This document shows positions 20,329-27,834 of a DNA stretch of 27,834 bases, piece by piece. Source of the stretch: an uncultured Phascolarctobacterium sp. (GTDB lineage Bacteria > Bacillota > Negativicutes > Acidaminococcales > Acidaminococcaceae); the NCBI GenBank assembly GCA_937906915.1, contig CALCUU010000342.1, positions 1 to 27,834 of the forward strand, read 5' to 3'. Positions within the stretch are counted from its first letter, which is position 1. Each line of letters begins with the position of its first letter. The translations under genes were made by a program, and so were the position numbers. Under the pieces are notes generated by a model. It did not search any database, had not been told where the DNA came from, and worked only from the letters and a program-made list of their open reading frames with translations.

Positions 20329-20329
20329 A

Positions 20330-21586
20330 GTGTTAGCAGCCCTTGCGAACATATTTAGAATTACGGAACTCAGGCAAAAAGTAGTTTTTACTCTCGCCAT
20401 GTTTATCGTATTCCGGGCTGGAACACATATACCTGTTCCTGGCGTAAACGCTGCTGTTATTGAACAGCTTTTCCAAAGCGGTAATCTCTTTGGATTGCTG
20501 GATATGTTCAGCGGTGGCGCCTTGAGCAAATTCTCAATTTTTGCTATGAGTATTACCCCATATATTAATGCTTCAATTATTTTGCAGCTTTTGAAGGTTG
20601 TAGTACCCACCTTGGAACAATGGTCCAAGGAAGGCGAAGAAGGTTACAAGAAGATGAACAAGCTTACCCGTGTGCTGACGGTGGCTCTGGGATTCTTCCA
20701 AGCTTGCGGCATGGCCTGGGGCCTGAAGATGGCAATCAATAACCCCGGAATTTTCTCAATTCTGTTGATTGCTACCACTCTTACCGCAGGTACCGTATTC
20801 CTGATGTGGATTGGTGAGCAAATCACCGCAAAAGGTGTCGGCAATGGTATCTCCTTGATAATCTTTGCCGGTATCGTATCCAGATTACCTGAAGGGTTAC
20901 AAATAATTTTCCAATATTTACAAGCAGGCACTGTTAACTTGTTGAATGTAATTTTGTTCGCGGTGATTGCCCTGGCGATGATAGTTTTCGTAATTCTCAT
21001 CTCTCAAGGTGTTCGCAAAATTCCAATTCAATATGCTAAACGTGTTGTTGGCAAAAGGTTGTATGGCGGTCATAGCAGCTACATTCCCTTGAAAGTTAAC
21101 CAAGCTGGCGTTATCCCGATCATCTTCGCGTCTTCCGTGTTGATGTTCCCGACAACAATTGCTCAGTTTGTTGACGTACCTTGGGTTAAGACTGTGGGAC
21201 AATGGTTCGCATGGGGCACTCCGCTGCAAACTACTTGTTATGTTCTCTTTATCTTGTTCTTCACTTACTTCTATACTGCAGTAAGCCTGAACATCAATGA
21301 TATGTCTGATAACATCAAGAAAAACGGCGGCTTCATTCCCGGCATGCGTCCCGGTAAACCTACAACTGATTATTTAGACAAAGTAATGTCCAGAATAACC
21401 TTGGCTGGCGCAATCTTCCTTTCCTTGATTGCACTCATGCCCAACGTTATCGGCTGGATGACCAGAATCGAAGGCATCTACTTCGGTGGTACAGCTCTAT
21501 TAATCGTAGTCGGCGTAGCATTGGATACTATGAAGCAAATAGAGTCCCTGGTATTGCAACGTCACTATCACGGCTTTATGAAATAG
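20330..21586 (+). CDS. secY: Preprotein translocase subunit SecY
   Basis: Multi-TM protein with ITPYINASII, GNGISLIIF, IPGMRPG, GGTALLI. GTG start. Confidence 0.99.
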   Translation: MLAALANIFRITELRQKVVFTLAMFIVFRAGTHIPVPGVNAAVIEQLFQSGNLFGLLDMFSGGALSKFSIFAMSITPYINASIILQLLKVVVPTLEQWSKEGEEGYKKMNKLTRVLTVALGFFQACGMAWGLKMAINNPGIFSILLIATTLTAGTVFLMWIGEQITAKGVGNGISLIIFAGIVSRLPEGLQIIFQYLQAGTVNLLNVILFAVIALAMIVFVILISQGVRKIPIQYAKRVVGKRLYGGHSSYIPLKVNQAGVIPIIFASSVLMFPTTIAQFVDVPWVKTVGQWFAWGTPLQTTCYVLFILFFTYFYTAVSLNINDMSDNIKKNGGFIPGMRPGKPTTDYLDKVMSRITLAGAIFLSLIALMPNVIGWMTRIEGIYFGGTALLIVVGVALDTMKQIESLVLQRHYHGFMK

Positions 21587-21598
21587 GAGGAATTCAGA

Positions 21599-22246
21599 AT
21601 GCATATTCTTTTAATGGGACCTCCGGGTGCTGGTAAAGGCACTCAAGCAGAAAGACTCATTGATGAATTTAAAATCCCTCATATCTCCACTGGAGACATG
21701 TTCCGTGCAGCAGTTAAACAAGGCACTGAACTTGGTAAAGAGGCAAAAAGATACATGGACGCAGGTGGCTTAGTACCTGACGTCGTAACCATCGGCATCG
21801 TTCGTGAAGGCTTAGCTAAACCCGAATGTGCAAATGGATTTATTTTAGATGGTTTTCCGAGAACTGAAGAGCAAGCAGTTGCTCTTGACGGAATTCTGAA
21901 AGACCTGGGCATTGATTTGACCGGTGTTGTAAATATCGTTGTTCCCGACGCTGAACTGGTTGGCAGGGTAACCGGCAGACGCATCTGCAAAGCTTGCGGC
22001 GCTACTTACCATGTAAGCTTCAACCCCAGCAAAGTGGAAGATGTGTGCGATAAATGCGGTGGCAACCTTTATCAACGTGATGACGATAAAGAAGAAACCG
22101 TAAAGAATCGTCTGCATGCATATCATGAGCAGACTGAACCGTTGATTGAGTACTATCAAAAACAAGGCGTATACAAAGAAATCGATGGCATGCAAGCAAT
22201 CGACAAAGTATATGCTGACGTTGTAGCTAGTCTCTGTGGCAAATAA
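21599..22246 (+). CDS. adk: Adenylate kinase (zinc-lid type)
   Basis: [15 protein letters not shown], lid CKAC...CDKC. Confidence 0.99.
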   Translation: MHILLMGPPGAGKGTQAERLIDEFKIPHISTGDMFRAAVKQGTELGKEAKRYMDAGGLVPDVVTIGIVREGLAKPECANGFILDGFPRTEEQAVALDGILKDLGIDLTGVVNIVVPDAELVGRVTGRRICKACGATYHVSFNPSKVEDVCDKCGGNLYQRDDDKEETVKNRLHAYHEQTEPLIEYYQKQGVYKEIDGMQAIDKVYADVVASLCGK

Positions 22247-22257
22247 GGAGGTACACT

Positions 22258-22476
22258 GTGTCCAAACAAGACGTAATTGAAGTTGAAGGCACAATTCTTG
22301 AAGCACTTCCCAACGCTATGTTCCAAGTACAATTGGAAAACGGTCACGTTATTCTGGCGCACATATCTGGTAAAATACGTATGAACTTCATCAAAATTTT
22401 GCCTGGCGACAGGGTTACCGTGGAACTCACTCCGTACGATCTCAATCGTGGAAGAATTACTTATCGTTTCAAATAA
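22258..22476 (+). CDS. infA: Translation initiation factor IF-1
   Basis: [25 protein letters not shown] start. Confidence 0.99.
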   Translation: MSKQDVIEVEGTILEALPNAMFQVQLENGHVILAHISGKIRMNFIKILPGDRVTVELTPYDLNRGRITYRFK

Positions 22477-22501
22477 CCAAGACAGGCAAGAGGAGGTTTA
22501 A

Positions 22502-22618
<117 letters not shown>

Positions 22619-22635
22619 GAAGGAGGTGCACGTTA

Positions 22636-23004
22636 ATGGCACGTATTTCTGGTGTCGATTTACCGAGAGACAAACGTATTGAATACGCACTGCCGTACAT
22701 TTATGGTATCGGCCTGACTCTGTCTCGCGAAATCTTAGCTAAAACTGGTATCAATCCGGACACTCGCGTTCGCGACCTGACTGAAGAAGAAGTTTCCAAA
22801 ATCCGTGAAACTTTAGATAACGATTACAAAGTAGAAGGTGACCTCCGTCGTGAGGAATCCCTCAACATTAAACGCTTAATCGAAATTGGCTCCTACCGTG
22901 GCAGAAGACATCGTATGGGTCTGCCCGTTCGTGGTCAAAACACTAAAAACAATGCCCGCACCCGTAAAGGTCCGAAACGTACTATTGCAGGCAAAAAGAA
23001 ATAA
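22636..23004 (+). CDS. rpsM: 30S ribosomal protein S13
   Basis: [24 protein letters not shown]. Confidence 0.99.
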   Translation: MARISGVDLPRDKRIEYALPYIYGIGLTLSREILAKTGINPDTRVRDLTEEEVSKIRETLDNDYKVEGDLRREESLNIKRLIEIGSYRGRRHRMGLPVRGQNTKNNARTRKGPKRTIAGKKK

Positions 23005-23026
23005 TTAGCGAGGGAGGGATAAACCA

Positions 23027-23419
23027 GTGGCTGGCAAGAAAGTTGTTCGCAACAAGAAAAAAGTTAGCAAAAATATCATTAATGGTGTAGCGCATATCCG
23101 CTCCACTTTCAATAATACCATTGTTACCATTTCTGATACTGAAGGTAACGTTTTGAGCTGGGCTTCCGCAGGCGAACTCGGTTTCCGTGGTTCCCGTAAA
23201 AGCACTCCGTTTGCTGCTCAAATGGCTGCAGAAACCGCAACCAAAGCTGCAATGGAACATGGCTTGAAAAATGTAGAAGTTTTCGTTAAAGGCCCTGGCG
23301 CTGGCCGTGAAGCTGCAATCCGTGCACTTCAAGCTGCAGGTCTCGAAGTTAACTCCATTAAAGACGTAACTCCGATTCCGCACAATGGCTGCCGTCCGCC
23401 GAAACGCAGAAGAGTATAA
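23027..23419 (+). CDS. rpsK: 30S ribosomal protein S11
   Basis: [35 protein letters not shown] start. Confidence 0.99.
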   Translation: MAGKKVVRNKKKVSKNIINGVAHIRSTFNNTIVTISDTEGNVLSWASAGELGFRGSRKSTPFAAQMAAETATKAAMEHGLKNVEVFVKGPGAGREAAIRALQAAGLEVNSIKDVTPIPHNGCRPPKRRRV

Positions 23420-23437
23420 TTGGAGGTGTAACTGTAA

Positions 23438-24031
23438 ATGGCTATCGATAGAACTCCTGTATTGAAAAGATGCAGATCCTTAGGCCTGTCTCCTGCTTTT
23501 CTGGGTATTAGCAAAGAATCTAACCGTCAAGTTAGACGCCAAAACAGAAAAAAAAGCGAGTATGGCATTCAATTAACTGAAAAACAAAAAGCTAAATTTA
23601 TCTATGGTGTACTGGAAAAACAATTCCGTGGCTACTATGATAAAGCTAAAAAAATGGAAGGCATCACCGGTGAAAACCTGTTGATCCTCCTCGAAAGAAG
23701 AATTGACAACGTAGTATATCGTCTCGGCTTGGCTAACACCCGCCGTCAAGCTCGTCAAATCGTAAGACATGGCCACATTGCTGTTAACGGCAAACGTTTG
23801 GACATTCCTTCCGCAATGACCTATGTTGGCGATGTTATCACCGTTATGGAAAACAGCCGTGGCAAAGAATACTTCAAAGGTATGGAAGAAACTTTGGCTA
23901 CCAAAGCAGTTCCGGCTTGGTTGATTCAAGACGCTCAAAACTTGGGCGGCAAAATTGACCGTTTCCCGACTCGTGAAGAAATCGATGTTCCCATCGAAGA
24001 ACATCTCATCGTAGAATTGTACTCCAAATAA
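23438..24031 (+). CDS. rpsD: 30S ribosomal protein S4
   Basis: [33 protein letters not shown]. Confidence 0.99.
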   Translation: MAIDRTPVLKRCRSLGLSPAFLGISKESNRQVRRQNRKKSEYGIQLTEKQKAKFIYGVLEKQFRGYYDKAKKMEGITGENLLILLERRIDNVVYRLGLANTRRQARQIVRHGHIAVNGKRLDIPSAMTYVGDVITVMENSRGKEYFKGMEETLATKAVPAWLIQDAQNLGGKIDRFPTREEIDVPIEEHLIVELYSK

Positions 24032-24102
24032 TTAGTGTGCATCTTATGCCACCCAACTATGAGACGTATTGTGGTAATACGTGAAAGAAGGAGGCTTGCC
24101 GC

Positions 24103-25065
24103 ATGATTGAAATTGAGAAACCCAAGATGGTTACAGCTGAGATCAGCGATGATGGACGCTATGGTAAATTCGTTTGGGAGCCGCTGGAAAGAGGCTATGG
24201 CATTACACTGGGCAACAGCCTGCGTCGTGTATTGCTTTCCTCCTTGCCCGGTGCCGCAGTAACTCATGTTAAAATTGACGGAGTGCTGCACGAATTTACT
24301 ACAATTCCCGGTGTTAGAGAAGATGTTGCAGACATTATTCTTAACATCAAGGCTCTGTGCCTGAAAATGGAATGCGAAGAGGAAAAAATCCTGCGTATTG
24401 AATGCTCTGGTGAGCAAGAAGTTACTGCTGCAAGCATTATTGCAGATAGTGATGTAGAGATTTTGAATCCTGAGCTGCACATTGCGACTTTAGATAAAGA
24501 TGCCGTTTTCAATATGGAAATCTATGTTGATAAAGGCCTCGGTTATGTACCGGCTGATAAAAACAAACGCCAAGATCAACCTATCGGAGTAATCCCCGTT
24601 GATTCCATTTACTCTCCTATTACCAGAGTAAAATTTGGTGTAACCGATACTCGTGTTGGTAACGTAACCAACTACGACAAACTTACTTTGGAAGTTTGGA
24701 CCGATGGTAGCATAATGCCGGACGGAGCTATTAACATGGCTTCCAGCATTATGATTGATTATCTCAAGTTGTTCCAAACCGGTGACCCTGTGAAGAACGT
24801 TATCACTGTTGCCGGTGGTTCTGAACCGGAAGGTGCTGAACCGAAGAAAGAAGGCCCTGGCGCAATGTCCATCGACGATCTTGACTTGTCCGTACGCAGC
24901 AACAACTGCTTGCGTCGTGCAGGTATCAACACCGTTGATGAATTAACCCAGAAGTCTGAAGAAGATATGATGAAAGTACGTAACTTAGGCCGTAAGTCCC
25001 TTGATGAAGTTAAGAAAAAATTAGCTGATTTAGGTTTGTCTTTACGCAAAAGTGACGAAGAATAA
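24103..25065 (+). CDS. rpoA: RNA polymerase alpha subunit
   Basis: [32 protein letters not shown]. Confidence 0.99.
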   Translation: MIEIEKPKMVTAEISDDGRYGKFVWEPLERGYGITLGNSLRRVLLSSLPGAAVTHVKIDGVLHEFTTIPGVREDVADIILNIKALCLKMECEEEKILRIECSGEQEVTAASIIADSDVEILNPELHIATLDKDAVFNMEIYVDKGLGYVPADKNKRQDQPIGVIPVDSIYSPITRVKFGVTDTRVGNVTNYDKLTLEVWTDGSIMPDGAINMASSIMIDYLKLFQTGDPVKNVITVAGGSEPEGAEPKKEGPGAMSIDDLDLSVRSNNCLRRAGINTVDELTQKSEEDMMKVRNLGRKSLDEVKKKLADLGLSLRKSDEE

Positions 25066-25082
25066 TAAGGGGGTCGGAAACA

Positions 25083-25421
25083 ATGGCATACAGAAAATTA
25101 GGCCGTAATTCCAGCAACCGTAAAGCTTTGTTTCGTAGCATTTTAACCTCTTTCTTCAAACATGGTCGCATCGAAACCACCATTACCAAAGCTAAAGAAG
25201 TTGCTAGCAAATCCGCAGAACTGATTACTTTGGCAAAACGCGGCGACTTGCACGCTCGTCGTCAAGTTTTGGCTGTTTTGGTTGATGAAGCAGTAACCAA
25301 AAAACTTTTTGAAGAAATTGCTCCGAAATATGAAGGCAGACAAGGCGGCTTTACTCGTATTTACAGAGTTGGTCCTCGTCGCGGTGATGCTGCTGAAATG
25401 GCAATCATTGAGCTCATCTAA
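25083..25421 (+). CDS. rplQ: 50S ribosomal protein L17
   Basis: [22 protein letters not shown]. Confidence 0.99.
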   Translation: MAYRKLGRNSSNRKALFRSILTSFFKHGRIETTITKAKEVASKSAELITLAKRGDLHARRQVLAVLVDEAVTKKLFEEIAPKYEGRQGGFTRIYRVGPRRGDAAEMAIIELI

Positions 25422-25432
25422 TCAGAGCTTTC

Positions 25433-25462
25433 AAAGCAGGAACTTAGGTTCCTGCTTTTTTT
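25433..25462 (+). terminator. Intrinsic terminator ending the ribosomal superoperon
   Basis: AAAGCAGGAAC-TTAG-GTTCCTGCTTT stem running into a T7 tract. Confidence 0.92.
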
Positions 25463-25578
25463 ATGCCCATTTTCGTAAAATTTTTGTAGAACGCCACATT
25501 TTGACTAAAAACATATTATAATAAATGTAGAGAAAGAATTTATGGCTATGTTTTAATAGAGCAAAAGGAAGGTGTAAA

Positions 25579-26778
25579 ATGCTTACCAAGAATTTTATTG
25601 AGTTTTTATATGAAGCAGCCCATATTCAACGCTGGAACGACCACATTCGCCCCGGAGGATTTACGGAGCTAGATAAACAGGCTCATAAAATGATGATTTT
25701 GTACGTGCTGGCTCGTCATGAAGAAGATGACCACGGTGCTAAGCTTAACTGGCGCGTTTTAATCGAAGGTGGCATTTTTGAATTTTTGCACCGCAACGTG
25801 CTGACCGATATCAAGCCTCCTGTTTTCCACGAGCTGGTGCGTGTGCACGGCAAAAAGTTAAATGCGTGGGTGTATGAAGAGCTCAAGCGACGTATTCCCG
25901 AAATTGACGCAGATTTTATGGCACGTATGGAAGAATTTTTCGACAGCCCCAGTTACTTCCCTAAAGAAAAGAAGCTCCTCCGTGCTGCCCATTATTTGGC
26001 AACTCAATGGGAATTTAATATCATCTACCATTTTAACCAAGGCATTTTTGGTATAGAAGAAACTCGCCAAGCTATCGAAAGCGAGATTGAAGACCACTAC
26101 GATTTGGCTGGCGTGCAAAAGCTAGCGCTGAAAGGCAAGAGCAGTAAGTTCATTGACCTTGTCGGACAGCTGCGCTTCCAAAAACGGTGGGCACAATCTC
26201 CCCGTGTGCCGGAAACCTCCGTCATGGGGCACGTACTTCTTGTTGCAATTATGGGTTACTTCTGCGCTGTGAAAATTGGCGCCTGCGATGAACGTGTGGT
26301 AAATAACTTCCTTTGTGGCTTGTTCCACGATTTGCCGGAAGTTCTTACCCGCGACATCATCTCTCCTGTAAAACGTAGTGTAGAGGGTTTGGACCTGCTC
26401 ATTAAGCATATCGAAGAACGTCAAGTTGCAGAAAAGATTTTGCCCCTGTTACCCTACGGTTGGCACCAAGACATTTTGTACTTTACCCAAAACGAATTTG
26501 CCAATAAGGTTATCGTTGGTGGCAAAGAAGTTGAGTGTACCTACGAAGAGCTGAACGAAAAATTCAATAAGGACGGCTTCAAAGCAGTGGATGGCAAAAT
26601 GCTCAAGGGTTGCGACAACTTGGCAGCATTTGTGGAAGCGTGGCTCTCTCGTCGCTACGGCATTACCTCCAAGCATTTGGAAGACGCTGAACGTGGCTTG
26701 CGTGAGCAATACAAGGACAGGGTGCTTGGTGGCATAGACTTTGGTAGCATTTACGAAGCATTCCCAGAGAATAAATAA
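25579..26778 (+). CDS. HD-domain phosphohydrolase with two YfbR-like repeats
   Basis: The C-terminal half has RW...ETSVMGH, LFHDLPE, RDIISPVK, KGCD. The N-terminal half has the homologous QRWND...QAH...LTDIKPPV. SD AAGGAAGGTG. Confidence 0.85.
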   Translation: MLTKNFIEFLYEAAHIQRWNDHIRPGGFTELDKQAHKMMILYVLARHEEDDHGAKLNWRVLIEGGIFEFLHRNVLTDIKPPVFHELVRVHGKKLNAWVYEELKRRIPEIDADFMARMEEFFDSPSYFPKEKKLLRAAHYLATQWEFNIIYHFNQGIFGIEETRQAIESEIEDHYDLAGVQKLALKGKSSKFIDLVGQLRFQKRWAQSPRVPETSVMGHVLLVAIMGYFCAVKIGACDERVVNNFLCGLFHDLPEVLTRDIISPVKRSVEGLDLLIKHIEERQVAEKILPLLPYGWHQDILYFTQNEFANKVIVGGKEVECTYEELNEKFNKDGFKAVDGKMLKGCDNLAAFVEAWLSRRYGITSKHLEDAERGLREQYKDRVLGGIDFGSIYEAFPENK

Positions 26779-26802
26779 ATTCTTAGATACAAAAAAATAC
26801 AT

Positions 26803-26850
26803 TATACATTTTGCATATGTATAGACAGGAAGGGTTACACTGTTTATAAT
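26803..26850 (+). promoter_or_regulatory. Putative sigma-A promoter of gdh with an overlapping palindrome
   Basis: TAGACA (26822-26827), 17 nt, TATAAT (26845-26850). Inverted repeat TATACAT-N7-ATGTATA at 26803-26823. Confidence 0.65.
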
Positions 26851-26898
26851 AATTTCAATAGTTAACTTACAGTTTTGTAAACAAAAGGAGGTAGAACT

Positions 26899-27834
26899 AT
26901 GAACATCTTTGAAATGGCAAAAATCCCCCTTAACCAAGCTATTGAGGCAATGCAATTAGACCCCGGCGCAGCGGCAATCATCGCTGTTCCCGAAAGAACC
27001 TTGGAAGTATCCATTCCTTTAAAAATGGATGATGGTTCTACTAAAGTTTTTACCGGTTATCGTAGCCAACACAGCACCGTTCTTGGTCCTGCTAAAGGCG
27101 GTGTGCGTTATCATCAAAATGTATCCTTGGACGAAGTTAAAACCCTCGCTTTTTGGATGACCTGCAAATGCGCAGTTGCCGGCTTGCCCTATGGTGGCGG
27201 TAAAGGCGGTATCATCGTTGACCCCAAGACTCTTTCCAAACGTGAGCTAGAAGCTTTGACCAGAGCATACATTGATAGAATTGCCATGATTATTGGCGAA
27301 AAGAAAGATATTCCTGCTCCTGACATGAACACCAACGCACAAATCATGGGCTGGATGATGGATGAATATAGCAAAATCACCGGACAATTTGAACCGGGCT
27401 TCATTACCGGCAAAGCAATTTGCGTAGGTGGTTCCCTTGGCAGAACTGCTGCAACTGGTCGTGGCGTAGTTACTGCTGCTCTCGAAGCGTTGAAGTTAAA
27501 AGGCATTGCTCCTCAAGATGCAACTGCTGCGGTGCAAGGCTTTGGCAACGTAGGTAGCTGGACAGCAAAACTTTTCAACGAAGAAGGTGTAAAAGTTGTT
27601 GCCGTAAGTGACGTGAAAGGCGCTATTTACAATGCAGATGGTCTTGACTGCAATGATGTAGAAAAATTTGCACAAGCAAATGGTAGCGTAGTGGGTTACC
27701 CCGGTGCGCAAGTAATTACCAACGCAGAGCTGTTGGCACTGGAAGTTACTATCCTTTCTCCTTGCGCAATGGAACTGCAAATTACCAAGGACAACGCTGC
27801 TGACGTAAAAGCCCAAATCATTGCGGAAGGTGCA
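26899..27834 (+). CDS. gdh: Glutamate dehydrogenase (Glu/Leu/Phe/Val DH family), truncated by the window end
   Basis: Translated by hand: MNIFEMAK...GPAKGGVRY, GLPYGGGKGG, DIPAPD, ATGRG, VQGFGNVG, IIAEGA. SD AAGGAGG. Absent from the ORF track because there is no stop codon. Confidence 0.96.
   Translation, partial: MNIFEMAKIPLNQAIEAMQLDPGAAAIIAVPERTLEVSIPLKMDDGSTKVFTGYRSQHSTVLGPAKGGVRYHQNVSLDEVKTLAFWMTCKCAVAGLPYGGGKGGIIVDPKTLSKRELEALTRAYIDRIAMIIGEKKDIPAPDMNTNAQIMGWMMDEYSKITGQFEPGFITGKAICVGGSLGRTAATGRGVVTAALEALKLKGIAPQDATAAVQGFGNVGSWTAKLFNEEGVKVVAVSDVKGAIYNADGLDCNDVEKFAQANGSVVGYPGAQVITNAELLALEVTILSPCAMELQITKDNAADVKAQIIAEGA

Noticed and set aside
25501..25522. TTGACT and TATAAT upstream of the HD gene
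   Set aside because: The spacer is only 10 nt, so they do not form a canonical promoter pair. The -10 may still be used.

Overview
A bacterial chromosomal window with low-to-moderate GC. It is Firmicutes-type, and probably Negativicutes/Acidaminococcaceae-like, inferred from ribosomal protein style and an apparent outer-membrane beta-barrel gene end. There are three blocks. (1) 1-6036 is an accessory block: the 3' end of a probable beta-barrel protein, a secreted GH114/TM1410-like alpha-1,4-galactosaminidase that looks circularly permuted, a divergent c-di-GMP pair (a PAS-degenerate GGDEF-EAL phosphodiesterase and a membrane HAMP-GGDEF cyclase), and galE directly behind the cyclase. Together these suggest the tail of a Pel-like, c-di-GMP-controlled exopolysaccharide locus. 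(2) 6301-25462 is the complete ybxF-str-S10-spc-alpha ribosomal superoperon (35 genes), with a K-turn-containing leader before rpsJ, no map gene, and no rpoC upstream. (3) 25579-27834 holds a tandem HD-domain protein and the 5' part of glutamate dehydrogenase. No tRNA, rRNA, CRISPR array or transposase was seen. All calls come from motif recognition by eye; no searches were run.
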